A stretch of 36,774 bases of DNA from Polyangiaceae bacterium (GTDB taxonomy: Bacteria > Myxococcota_A > Polyangia > HGW-17 > JALWFW01), in NCBI GenBank assembly GCA_027013865.1, contig JALWFW010000036.1:21819-58592 (forward strand). Direction: 5' to 3'. Position 1 is the first letter of the stretch, and every line of letters begins with the position of its first letter. The notes below the pieces were generated by a model. The model was not told the DNA's origin. It searched no databases and was given only the letters and a program-made list of their open reading frames with translations. Positions 1 through 9,126 of the stretch are shown here, one piece after another. The translations under genes and the position numbers were made by a program.

Positions 1-132
1 CGGAATCACCCACGTTTTTATCTGACGGTGCGCCACATCTCCCTGCGGATTTGCTGTAGGTAAGCATCTGTGGTATTGATTTTCTGACATGGTTGTTTGT
101 CAGATCTTAAATCGTGAACGGAGGAACGGATC

Positions 133-2037
133 ATGAGACGTACTTTCTTACTGCTCTTTGTGCTGGTGGCATCGACTGTTCCTGTAGCATGTGATGATTC
201 CGGAGACAGTGACACTGGGACTGGCCAGGCGGTTTGCGGCAATGGAATCGTGGAGGAGGGAGAGCAGTGCGACGGTACGAATCTCGATTCCGTATCGTGT
301 TCCGACCTGGGTTATGGAGGCGGCGTGCTTGCCTGCACTTCAGAATGCACCTTCGACACTTCCGGCTGTTCCATGTGCGGAAATGGAGTGAAGGAGGGGG
401 ATGAGGAATGCGATGGTGCCGAGTTCGCCGGTTTGGGTTGCAGCGATTTCACCGACAGTACAGGTCATGTATATGACGGCGGTGTATTGAGGTGCTCGGA
501 TGACTGCCACATCGATACATCGGGATGCGGTATCTGCGGTAATGGCGTAATCGACGGTGCGGAACAGTGTGATGGTGCTGATCTCGGCGGGGTGACCTGC
601 TCTGATCTGGAGGACGGTACGGCAGGCGCTTTCACCGACGGAACACTGGTGTGTACGGCAGAGTGCACCTTTGACGTGAGTGCCTGCACGCGGTGCGGAG
701 ACGGAGCGGTCGAGGGGTCGGAACAGTGTGACGGTACCAGTCTCGACGGGATGACCTGTGCCGACCTGGGATACTGGGATCCCCACGGTTCAGAGAATCT
801 GGCGTGTTCCCAGCAGTGTGGTTACGATGATTCGGGCTGTGCTCGTCCCTTGGATGTGTGTACGGGGACAGCCTTTGGATGCACACTCCTTTCGGACGGC
901 AGTGTGTGGTGCTGGGGGCAGATGGGAGGTCACTCCGTCTACGTGGCCCGGGAGGTGATCCTTCCGACCGATGCCACTGACCTGGCGTGCGGCAGGGCCC
1001 ATGCGTGTGCAGTGCTGGCGGATGGGACGATGTACTGCTGGGGGGACAATTCGACAAGCCAGTGTGCACGTAGCAGAGATCAGGGTTCATATTCCCTGGA
1101 CAGCCCCGCACAGGTCCCAGGAACGATATCCTGGAGCCGGGTATCGGCCGGCATGGATACCACGTGCGCCATAGGACGTGACAGCAGCTGGAACGACCGT
1201 GCAGTCGTATACTGCTGGGGAGACAACGTCAACGGACAGGTCTTCTACACTGACAACCCTGCCTTCGATGCCACTGTCATAGATGTCCCCACCCCCATAA
1301 AGACGGACTCATTCGAGTTCGAGTACGATGCCATCGATGCGGATGTGGGGGATGTCGGCGGCTGCCTCGTGACCTCGAACCACGTTGCCGCGTGCTGGGG
1401 TACGCATGTGGATGACGGTGCTCTCGTGACCACCGAGGCTACACAGGTGGACCTGGCAGGACGCGAGGCACTTGGAATGCACGTTGAGGGGAGGACGGCG
1501 TGCTTCAGTGTGCGTGATGCCACGGGTCTGCGGGTGATGTGCATGGGAAGCAATGCAGTCAATGTGCTGGGCCTGGAGGACGACCCCGATCCGGCGGATC
1601 CCCTTTATATATCCGGGATTTCTTCTCTGATTCCCGCAGATGTGCTGCTTAGTGCCGGGTATCGGGTCAAATCCGTGGTGTGGGCAGGTGAAGGCATCGT
1701 CAACGCATGTATCCTGACGGACGGCGACGTCTGGTGCTGGGGCAACAGAAATACCGGTCTTCTGGGATTCTTTCCGGCCAGCAGCCCCTACTATTACTGG
1801 CAGGACGTCCTGCTCACCGATCCTTCAGACATCCACTCAGGGGTGAAAGCCGGTCTGGGTCGTGTGTTCGAGGGTATTTCCATGAGTAACCGCGGTGAAT
1901 TCGCGTGTGCCTGGGACTCCCTGAGTATATGGTGCTGGGGTCGCAACGGCGGTGACGGAAATCTCGGAACAGCCGCATCGGATCCCGTCGTTTATGTGCC
2001 CTCGGAAGTATTCATTCCCCAGGTCACATCCGACTGA
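133..2037 (+). CDS. Lipoprotein with four Myxococcus-type Cys-rich repeats and a C-terminal RCC1/BLIP-II-like beta-propeller
   Basis: RBS GAGGA at 121. Signal peptide ends VPVA-C. Four CG(N/D)GxxExxE(Q/E)CDG repeats are followed by repeated RCC1-type DG(S/T)xxCWG / CWGxN motifs. Confidence 0.85.
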   Translation: MRRTFLLLFVLVASTVPVACDDSGDSDTGTGQAVCGNGIVEEGEQCDGTNLDSVSCSDLGYGGGVLACTSECTFDTSGCSMCGNGVKEGDEECDGAEFAGLGCSDFTDSTGHVYDGGVLRCSDDCHIDTSGCGICGNGVIDGAEQCDGADLGGVTCSDLEDGTAGAFTDGTLVCTAECTFDVSACTRCGDGAVEGSEQCDGTSLDGMTCADLGYWDPHGSENLACSQQCGYDDSGCARPLDVCTGTAFGCTLLSDGSVWCWGQMGGHSVYVAREVILPTDATDLACGRAHACAVLADGTMYCWGDNSTSQCARSRDQGSYSLDSPAQVPGTISWSRVSAGMDTTCAIGRDSSWNDRAVVYCWGDNVNGQVFYTDNPAFDATVIDVPTPIKTDSFEFEYDAIDADVGDVGGCLVTSNHVAACWGTHVDDGALVTTEATQVDLAGREALGMHVEGRTACFSVRDATGLRVMCMGSNAVNVLGLEDDPDPADPLYISGISSLIPADVLLSAGYRVKSVVWAGEGIVNACILTDGDVWCWGNRNTGLLGFFPASSPYYYWQDVLLTDPSDIHSGVKAGLGRVFEGISMSNRGEFACAWDSLSIWCWGRNGGDGNLGTAASDPVVYVPSEVFIPQVTSD

Positions 2038-2051
2038 CTGATTTTCATGTG

Positions 2052-2070
2052 TAACTAGTTGAAATAAAAG
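2052..2070 (+). promoter_or_regulatory. Dispersed 19-bp IHF-like motif, copy
   Basis: TAACTAGTTGAAATAAAAG at a convergent junction. Confidence 0.55.
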
Positions 2071-2109
2071 GAGAAATTCAAAGAGCGGTTTTTGGGGGAC
2101 GGATAGGGA

Positions 2110-3591
2110 TCACAGGGACTCCAGCAGTCCTGTCCTGCTGTTGAATTCCTCGATGGCCCTGTCCCACTCGGGCACGATGGAGAAAACCTGATCCCAGAAT
2201 TCGGGATCCCACAGCTGGTTCAGATCATGGAGATCCTTCTTCTGCTGCTCGATCCAGGTGAAGTACTTGAGGTTGTGAAGAGACTTTCTGTCCCAGTAGC
2301 CCAGCTCGCGGTAGTGGTCGGCCGGCTGTCCGAGGAGACGGCGCTCCATGGTTATGAGGGCCTCGTCACGGGTCATGGGACCGTATGTCCTGCGGTATTC
2401 CTCTATGCGGGACTGATACATGTCCGCAGAGTCGGTGAACACGGTCACCAGCACGTCACGGCCGTCCATCTCGAAGTACTTGGCAGTCTTTATGGAGGAC
2501 AGCATGTTACCGATGGACGACAGGCCCAGGAGAGACAGGTTCTCGATGGTCTCGGAGGGTACGCCGTACTCCTCCAGCACCTTCTTGCCCTCGTCCTCGT
2601 TGAACAGGCGGAAGATGCGCACTACGTCCTCGTCGTCTATGGCTGCCACGGCATCAGTATTGCGGGTGTTGTGTATCCATGGGACGTGCTTGTCTCCGAT
2701 GCCCTCTATCCTGTGGGCTCCGAATCCGTTGTTGTACAGGGTGGGGCACTGCAGAGCCTCGCCGGCCACGATCATTGAGCCGTGGAACACCTTCTTGAGG
2801 TAGTCACCGGCTGCGATAGTGCCGGCTGAACCCGTTGCGGAAACGTAAGCTGCAAGATGCTGGCCATCGCGCATCTCCTCACGGAGCATCTCCTCGATGG
2901 CGGCGCCGGTCACCTCGTGGTGGAATATGGCGTTGCCGAACTCGTCGAACTGGTTGAATATGACCACTCCGGGGTCGGTTTCGCGCAGTTCCCAGCACTT
3001 ATCGTAGATTTCCTTCACATTGGATTCACTGCCAGGGGTGGCGATGACCTCGGCACCAATGGAGCGGAGCCAGTCGAAGCGCTCCTGGCTCATCTCCTCA
3101 GGCAGTATGGCAACGGCCTGGGTGGACAAAAGGGCGCAGTCAAAGGCACCACCACGGCAGTAGTTGCCTGTGGACGGCCACACCGCCTTTTGGGTGGTGG
3201 GATCGAATTCACCCGATATGAGGCGAGGCACGAGACATCCGAAGGCGGCTCCCACCTTGTGTGCTCCGGTGGGGAAGTACTTGCCCACCAGGCCGATCAG
3301 TCTGGAGGACAGGCCCGTAAGCTGAGAGGGCAGCTCCATGCGGTTGACACGTCCGTAAAGTCCTGTGCTGATATCGTTTTTCCATGTGATCCTGAACAGA
3401 TTGATGGGATCCACATCCCACAGTCCCACGTTGACTAGGCGCTCCTTTATGGCCTGGGGCACGAGCTCCTGGGGGTTTTTGAGCTGTGCAAAGGTGGGGA
3501 TGATGATGTTCTGTTCACGACAGCGTTGTACTGTCTTTTCGAGCACTTCCTCGTTGAAGTGTAGTTTTACTGGCATGTAGTCTATACCCAT
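2110..3591 (-). CDS. PLP-dependent enzyme, fold type II (cysteine synthase/tryptophan synthase beta-like), substrate unknown
   Basis: Start moved to ATG 3591 (RBS GAGGAGG at 3597-3603) because the longer ORF runs into the tRNA. Motifs: AHKVGA (PLP Lys), PSTGNY, GSAGT, IEGIG. 493 aa. Confidence 0.85.
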   Translation of the reverse strand: MGIDYMPVKLHFNEEVLEKTVQRCREQNIIIPTFAQLKNPQELVPQAIKERLVNVGLWDVDPINLFRITWKNDISTGLYGRVNRMELPSQLTGLSSRLIGLVGKYFPTGAHKVGAAFGCLVPRLISGEFDPTTQKAVWPSTGNYCRGGAFDCALLSTQAVAILPEEMSQERFDWLRSIGAEVIATPGSESNVKEIYDKCWELRETDPGVVIFNQFDEFGNAIFHHEVTGAAIEEMLREEMRDGQHLAAYVSATGSAGTIAAGDYLKKVFHGSMIVAGEALQCPTLYNNGFGAHRIEGIGDKHVPWIHNTRNTDAVAAIDDEDVVRIFRLFNEDEGKKVLEEYGVPSETIENLSLLGLSSIGNMLSSIKTAKYFEMDGRDVLVTVFTDSADMYQSRIEEYRRTYGPMTRDEALITMERRLLGQPADHYRELGYWDRKSLHNLKYFTWIEQQKKDLHDLNQLWDPEFWDQVFSIVPEWDRAIEEFNSRTGLLESL

Positions 3592-3710
3592 GTCGACCTC
3601 CTCAAAGTTGCGCATTTTATGGATAAGGAACGTTTTTTTCCACTGATTTTCAGCATGTCGTGAATCACTGAAATCCGGTATGAAGCCGGGCAGGATACCG
3701 GATGCTGGGC

Positions 3711-3738
3711 AAAAAAAAAAGGCGGGCCGAAGCCCGCC
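3711..3738 (-). terminator. Rho-independent terminator downstream of tRNA-Leu
   Basis: Minus strand reads GGCGGGC-TTCG-GCCCGCC followed by T10. Confidence 0.93.
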
Positions 3739-3747
3739 GTTCGCTTG

Positions 3748-3833
3748 TGCGAGGAAGGGGAATCGAACCCCTACGGCCAAAAGCGGCCACTAGGCCCTCA
3801 ACCTAGCGCGTCTACCTATTCCGCCATCCTCGC
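3748..3833 (-). tRNA. tRNA-Leu (anticodon GAG); CCA not encoded
   Basis: Acceptor stem GCGAGGA/TCCTCGC plus discriminator A. D-arm GGCGGAATAGGTAGACGC. Anticodon arm CTAGG-TTGAGGG-CCTAG. Long variable arm GGCCGCTTTTGGCC. T-arm AGGGG-TTCGATT-CCCCT. Confidence 0.97.
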
Positions 3834-3866
3834 GTGCCTCAACACCAACTCCCACACGCGGGGTAC

Positions 3867-3895
3867 ACTATGATGAAAACGACTATTCATGTCAA
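3867..3895 (-). promoter_or_regulatory. Putative sigma70 promoter of tRNA-Leu
   Basis: TTGACA-17 nt-CATAGT on the minus strand, about 35 nt upstream of the tRNA. Confidence 0.6.
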
Positions 3896-3934
3896 GTAAT
3901 TTCATGTTTTATGTCTGGCTGTCGATTGCTGGTA

Positions 3935-3953
3935 TAACTAATTGATATTATTA
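3935..3953 (+). promoter_or_regulatory. Dispersed 19-bp IHF-like motif, copy
   Basis: TAACTAATTGATATTATTA; exact match to YAANNNNTTGATW. Confidence 0.6.
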
Positions 3954-4020
3954 AAGTTTTATAAATAACCAGTATTTGTTGGGCAGGAGGGAGGAAAAAC
4001 GGAGAGGGAACGGGTGAAAT

Positions 4021-4791
4021 TTAGTGATCTGCTTTGGCCAGGGAAGCGTAATCAATGGTCATGATGGTTCCAATACCTGCCCCCCAGTACCACGGTGAGG
4101 GTGCTCCGGACTCGTGCATTAGATAAACAGATGCGATAAGTTCTATATTTGGTCCGATCATGATGTTGAGCCCCACGGCGCTACCATCGTAGGAGCGATT
4201 TGACGTGGAGGAACGTCTGTCGAATTCCAGGGAAAAGTAATTCTCCTGGAGAATCTGAAGACCCTCCTTCACGGTCCAGTAGAGACCGAGAGTGTTCTCC
4301 ATGCTTCTGGTTGAAAGGTGAACTTCGCTGCCGTCGTCATTGGTCTGGGCCTCTCCTGCCTCGGCAATGCGTCCTCTGATATAGATTCCCGCGAGTCTGA
4401 GGGAGTCTGCTGCGTCCAGGTTGATTTCAAAGTCGAGGGCCACCATGGAAGGATGGGCAAGGGTAAGGCCCAGATCGATGTCCAGGTGTGTGGTGTCGAG
4501 TACGGTACCGAATACCCCCATGGAGAATTCCGAGTCTTCCGACACGAGATCACCGCTGGCGGAGAATACTGGGGAGAAGAATACCGATATGCGGTCCGTT
4601 ATGCCGGTTCCGTAAAGTGCACTCGAGAACATGTGGGCATCGGCGCGCTTCTTGCCGAGTCCGAAGTAATCCATGTAAAGCTCGTATTCCGATGCCCCTT
4701 CGGGATAGGGTTCGGCAGTGTCGAGGGCCATGACCTGGCCGGCATACGTCAGCACATAAATCAGTGATGTCAGAGTAATAAACCTTTTCAT
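4021..4791 (-). CDS. Exported hypothetical protein, possibly an outer-membrane beta-barrel
   Basis: ATG 4791 with RBS GGAGGA. Signal peptide MKRFITLTSLIYVLTYAGQVMA. Alternating hydrophobic strands with aromatic residues (LGLYWTV, YWGAGIGT). Confidence 0.6.
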   Translation of the reverse strand: MKRFITLTSLIYVLTYAGQVMALDTAEPYPEGASEYELYMDYFGLGKKRADAHMFSSALYGTGITDRISVFFSPVFSASGDLVSEDSEFSMGVFGTVLDTTHLDIDLGLTLAHPSMVALDFEINLDAADSLRLAGIYIRGRIAEAGEAQTNDDGSEVHLSTRSMENTLGLYWTVKEGLQILQENYFSLEFDRRSSTSNRSYDGSAVGLNIMIGPNIELIASVYLMHESGAPSPWYWGAGIGTIMTIDYASLAKADH

Positions 4792-4967
4792 CCGTGATCC
4801 TCCATGACGAGGTGTGTGCATGGATAACTTCATCGGATAAGAGGCGTCAAGAGAAAAAATAAGGGTGTCCTAAAAAAGTTTTTATCCCCGAAAAAATGAA
4901 CGTACGTGACGTTTGGTGGTGGAGTTTTCCCGCAAAACCGTTAACCTCCCCGCCCTGGAGGAAGAAT

Positions 4968-6668
4968 ATGAAAGCCAGTACCCTCATGCCGCCTTCGGAA
5001 GCGTTCGGAATCATGATGGACTCCCTGCCAGAACCCAGGAAAACCGACATGTCACCGGCCGAGGCCCTGGGACTGGCCGTGTGCGGTGAGGTGAGGGCCC
5101 CGCAGGACTATCCTGCCTTCGACAGGGTCATACGTGACGGATATGCAGTGCGCAGTGCCGACACTCCGGGAACCCTGCGCATACTCGAGGGTGAGTCCTC
5201 TCCGGGTGTGCCTTTTACGGGGCGTGTCCAGGCCGGCCAGGCGGTGTACGTGCTCACCGGAGCTCCGCTGCCAGAAGGCGCCGATGCCGTGGTCCGCGTG
5301 GAGGACGTCACTGTGGAGGGCTCTTTTCTGACCGTGCCTGCCGTAAGGCCGTCAGCCGCCGTGGTTCGTGCCGGAAGCGAGAAGAAGGCCGGAGAAGTGG
5401 TTCTTGGTGACGGCGATGTCGTCACCCCGCTGGTGGTGGGAGCGCTTCAGTTCATGGGTATCGAACGTGTCAGAGTGTATGCCCCTCCTAGGGCGGCCGT
5501 GGTGGTCACAGGGGACGAGCTTACGGACCGGCCTGGCACTTACACCATCCGTGACGGTGACGGCCCCCTGGTCAAGGCCATGCTGGAGATGGCTGGAATC
5601 CGAGACGTGGTGGTACGTCGCTCAGAGGACGATTTTGATAACCTACTGAGATTACTGAATAAATTCAAAGATCGTGATTTGGTGATCTTCACTGGTGCAG
5701 TGTCCATGGGCCGCAAGGACGTGGTGCCCCAGGTGCTGGAGGCAGCAGGTGGACGGAAGATTTTCCACCGTATTGCCCAAAAACCGGGACGCCCCATGCT
5801 GTTCGGACGCATCGGAGACAGTCTGTTCTTCGGGCTCCCCGGAAATCCCTTGTCCTGCTTGGTGGGCATGCATTTCTACGTGCTTCCGGCCGTGCGTAGA
5901 CTCATGGGACTGCCCTGGATGCCCGCGTCAGTACGCACGGTCCTGAGTGCGGACGCAGTGAGCGACACCGATCGCGTCACCCGCCTTCTGGTTCGCATCG
6001 ACGAGGCCACCGGCACGGTCCAGACGCTGCCCTGGCGCGGTTCGGCCGACGTGTTCAACACCCTTGGGGCATCGGGCTACATATCCCTTGGACCACGCCA
6101 GCACCTTCGGGCCGGTTCCGTTGTCATGGCCGAGCCCTTCGGCCGCTGGGTCCATCCCGCAGACGACATCGGCGCGCAGTCCGACGTCCGCAGTAGTGAC
6201 AGGGCCCCATCCCCCGAACTTCACATGATAGACGTGGGGAGCAAGGACATCACTCGCCGCATGGCACGGGCCTATGCACGTGTAGAGATGTCGCCGGACA
6301 CTGCCCGTGCCATATCCGAAGGACACACTCCAAAGGGAGACGTACTCAGGACGGCTGAGGTCGCCGGCATCATGGGAGCCAAGAAGACGCCCGATCTGGT
6401 GCCCCTGTGTCACCCCCTGGTGCTCGATGGCGTCGATGTGAAGGCACGCGTGGAAGGAAGTGGCGTGTCCATATGGACACAGGTGCGCTGTACCGGCCGC
6501 ACGGGTGTGGAGATGGAGGCACTGACAGCGGCTTCGGCAGCAGCCCTCACGGTCTACGACATGATAAAGGGCATGGACAGGGCTGCGGTGATACGGGAGG
6601 TACTGCTTGTCGAGAAGGACGGCGGTAAATCTGGACACTTTACGAGAAAGTTCAATGATTACAGGTAA
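4968..6668 (+). CDS. moeA-moaC: Molybdopterin molybdotransferase MoeA fused to cyclic pyranopterin monophosphate synthase MoaC
   Basis: ATG 4968 after GGAGGA. MoeA motifs: DGYAVR, TGAPLPEGADAVV, TGDEL, KPGRP, GLPGNP. MoaC motifs: MIDVGSK, KGDVL, AKKTPDLVPLCHP, TGVEMEAL, YDMIKG, KDGGKSG. Confidence 0.92.
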   Translation: MKASTLMPPSEAFGIMMDSLPEPRKTDMSPAEALGLAVCGEVRAPQDYPAFDRVIRDGYAVRSADTPGTLRILEGESSPGVPFTGRVQAGQAVYVLTGAPLPEGADAVVRVEDVTVEGSFLTVPAVRPSAAVVRAGSEKKAGEVVLGDGDVVTPLVVGALQFMGIERVRVYAPPRAAVVVTGDELTDRPGTYTIRDGDGPLVKAMLEMAGIRDVVVRRSEDDFDNLLRLLNKFKDRDLVIFTGAVSMGRKDVVPQVLEAAGGRKIFHRIAQKPGRPMLFGRIGDSLFFGLPGNPLSCLVGMHFYVLPAVRRLMGLPWMPASVRTVLSADAVSDTDRVTRLLVRIDEATGTVQTLPWRGSADVFNTLGASGYISLGPRQHLRAGSVVMAEPFGRWVHPADDIGAQSDVRSSDRAPSPELHMIDVGSKDITRRMARAYARVEMSPDTARAISEGHTPKGDVLRTAEVAGIMGAKKTPDLVPLCHPLVLDGVDVKARVEGSGVSIWTQVRCTGRTGVEMEALTAASAAALTVYDMIKGMDRAAVIREVLLVEKDGGKSGHFTRKFNDYR

Positions 6669-6673
6669 TTACA

Positions 6674-7630
6674 ATGAGCAATGTGAATAGCGGTACGATT
6701 CTGGCGGTGTGCTCGAGTGCCACCAGAGGCAATGTGAAGCAGAAAGTGGATGAGATAGTCCTCAGGCGAGACTGGGGCATAGAGGGGGACGCCCATGCCG
6801 GACACTGGCACAGACAGGTGAGTCTGCTGCCCCAGGAGGGAGCCGAGGAGATGGAGGCAGAGAGCCCCGGACTGAAACTGAAACCGGGCATCTTCGCCGA
6901 GAACGTGCGTACCCGCGGCCTCGATTACTCCACCCTAGAGGTGGGACAGCGGCTGAGACTGGGTACCGCCGTAGTCCAGGTGACCCAGATAGGTAAACAG
7001 TGTCACCATCCCTGCGCCATTCAGGAACTGACCGGGCGCTGCATCATGCCAGAGGTGGGCATATTCGTAAGAGTGGTGAAGAGCGGCGTGGCCAGGGCAG
7101 GTGACGAAGTCTCCGTGGACAGGGAACTCAACCTAATACGCTTTTCGGTGATAACCGCCAGCGACAGGGCGTACAAGGCCGTATACCGGGACGAGTCAGG
7201 CCCGAAGGTGGCCGAGATCATCGGCTCCCGACTTGATGCCCACCTGGTGTCCAAAACGGTTTTGCCTGATGACAGGGAGCGCCTTGCGGATGAGATGCGC
7301 CGCCTTGCAGACGGGGAACTGGTGGACCTCATAGTGACGACCGGCGGTACGGGCCTTGCGGCCACGGATGTGACCCCAGAAGCCACACGGGACGTCATCG
7401 ATCGTGAGATTCCAGGCATGGCGGAGCTTATACGGTGCAAGGGATACGAGATTACTCCGGCAGCCATACTCTCCCGCGGCATCGCCGGGGTTCGGGGGCG
7501 TACCATCATCCTGAATCTTTCGGGCAGTCCAAAGGCCGTGGCAGAGCAGCTCGACATAGTGCTTCCGGTACTTCCCCATGCAGTGCGTCTGGTGGCCGGT
7601 CTTCCGGTACACGACAGGTTCCGTCATTGA
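6674..7630 (+). CDS. mog: MOSC-domain protein fused to molybdopterin adenylyltransferase (MogA/MoaB)
   Basis: N-terminal MOSC motifs: GIEGDAHAG, RQVSLL, PGIFAEN, TQIGKQCHHPC, CIMP. C-terminal MogA motifs: SDR, DESG, TTGGTG, DVTPEAT, LSRG, NLSGSPKAV. Confidence 0.9.
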   Translation: MSNVNSGTILAVCSSATRGNVKQKVDEIVLRRDWGIEGDAHAGHWHRQVSLLPQEGAEEMEAESPGLKLKPGIFAENVRTRGLDYSTLEVGQRLRLGTAVVQVTQIGKQCHHPCAIQELTGRCIMPEVGIFVRVVKSGVARAGDEVSVDRELNLIRFSVITASDRAYKAVYRDESGPKVAEIIGSRLDAHLVSKTVLPDDRERLADEMRRLADGELVDLIVTTGGTGLAATDVTPEATRDVIDREIPGMAELIRCKGYEITPAAILSRGIAGVRGRTIILNLSGSPKAVAEQLDIVLPVLPHAVRLVAGLPVHDRFRH

Positions 7631-7754
7631 TACCGGGGGTTGTCTACCAATGCGGCAGTGGATGATAAGGTAACGATTAAAAGGTTGTCAGTTTTAATCA
7701 CAGGGGTGCATTTGATCTGACATGGATCTATAATCGCTACTGATGGAGGAACAG

Positions 7755-9101
7755 ATGTCTGGGAAAAAGGTTCGATTCATGACTATGGCAGTAACGACCA
7801 TTTTTGTTTTCCCCATCATTCTCACAGGATGTCAGTTCGATTCGGCTGGTCTTCCTGCATCGGCCAACTCCAACAATTCGAACGGCGTAAACAATATCAA
7901 CAACAGCAACAACACCAATGACGGAACCGATCCCTGCGAGGGGGTACAGTGCGGAGAGCACGGGACTTGCGTGGTCATATCCAATTCTGCAGAGTGCCAG
8001 TGTGACAGAGGCTACATATATGACGGTAGTACCTGTAGTGAGATCCACACAACCCCATGTGCTGGAGTGGACTGCGACGGACACGGCACCTGCGTCATAG
8101 AAGACGGTAAGGCTGAGTGCCGGTGTGACAGGGGTTATACGGCCGAGGCCACCCACTGTATCGCCGACGCGACCGATGCCTGTGATGGGGTGGACTGCGG
8201 AGGCCACGGAACATGTGTGGTAAACAGTGGGGATGCCGTATGTCTGTGTGACAATGGTTATATCAATGACTCCAGAGATGCTTTGGTATGTATTGATGCG
8301 GTACAGTGTACTGCTGATTATGAATGCGATACAGGACTCTTGTGTTCGGCTGATGGTGTCTGTGTATCTCCTCAGTGCGGATTGCCACCTTCCCAAAACG
8401 GTAACAGGACGGCGTATGAATCATGCACTCCAGATTCTGTAACTAGCTGTAATTATTGCAATAATGGTGAATGCACCATGGCCTCGTGTCTCAGATGTTC
8501 TTCCGGTCTGGTGTGCGTGCCCTTCGGTCAGCCCATAAATCCGTATTATCCTGAAGCCACGGGCATATGTATGCCTGCCTGCAACCCCTGTAATCGCGAT
8601 GTCGGTGACTGTGATACATCGCAGACATGTTTCCCCCTGTCTTCTTCTGGTGGTGGAGTGTGTCTAGACAGTAATACCTTGTCCAGCACCGGACAGCCGT
8701 GCGCAGCTTCTTTTTCGAGCGGTGACGATAATGACGAAACTCCGGAGATGTTCATGGGATGCACTTCAGATCTCGAGTGCGTTTATGATGCCTCTTTAAT
8801 CAGCAGTGGTAGGTGGTACTGCCGTAAGCCATGTACTCCTGATACCACTCTGACCGATATGGACGTATATTATCAGGCATCCACTTCTTCCGACTGTTCC
8901 GGGAATGAGGTTTGTGCAGGAGCCTACGTCACAGGGGACGCTATCATCCATTTTGAATGTATGACCGGCTATTTGGTGACAGATGAGGATAATATGTGTG
9001 GTCGTGTGGGTTCTAGCTACAATTACTGCCAGTCACCGATGGAATGTTATAAGAAAAATGGGGAAGTCTTTGACAACTGTCATAACGATGATTGGAAATA
9101 A
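7755..9101 (+). CDS. Cys-rich lipoprotein with an Asn-rich linker and three EGF-like repeats
   Basis: ATG 7755 after GGAGGA. Lipobox LTG-C. Three CxGVxCxxHGTCVxxxxxAxCxCDxGY repeats. Further Cys-rich modules follow C-terminally. Confidence 0.82.
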   Translation: MSGKKVRFMTMAVTTIFVFPIILTGCQFDSAGLPASANSNNSNGVNNINNSNNTNDGTDPCEGVQCGEHGTCVVISNSAECQCDRGYIYDGSTCSEIHTTPCAGVDCDGHGTCVIEDGKAECRCDRGYTAEATHCIADATDACDGVDCGGHGTCVVNSGDAVCLCDNGYINDSRDALVCIDAVQCTADYECDTGLLCSADGVCVSPQCGLPPSQNGNRTAYESCTPDSVTSCNYCNNGECTMASCLRCSSGLVCVPFGQPINPYYPEATGICMPACNPCNRDVGDCDTSQTCFPLSSSGGGVCLDSNTLSSTGQPCAASFSSGDDNDETPEMFMGCTSDLECVYDASLISSGRWYCRKPCTPDTTLTDMDVYYQASTSSDCSGNEVCAGAYVTGDAIIHFECMTGYLVTDEDNMCGRVGSSYNYCQSPMECYKKNGEVFDNCHNDDWK

Positions 9102-9102
9102 T

Positions 9103-9121
9103 CAATAATATCAATAAGTTA
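9103..9121 (-). promoter_or_regulatory. Dispersed 19-bp IHF-like motif, copy
   Basis: TAACTTATTGATATTATTG; fills most of a 25-bp convergent gap. Confidence 0.6.
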
Positions 9122-9126
9122 TACGA

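Noticed and set aside
3592-3780. N-terminal extension of the 556-aa ORF
   Set aside because: It overlaps the tRNA-Leu and its terminator; a strong RBS supports ATG 3591.
3600-4020. tRNA-Leu as an integration site for a genomic island
   Set aside because: No integrase and no duplicated tRNA 3' end seen in the window.
4792-4967. Moco riboswitch or ModE box upstream of moeA-moaC
   Set aside because: Only a small GTTTT/AAAAC hairpin is visible; I could not identify the multi-stem Moco motif or a ModE consensus.
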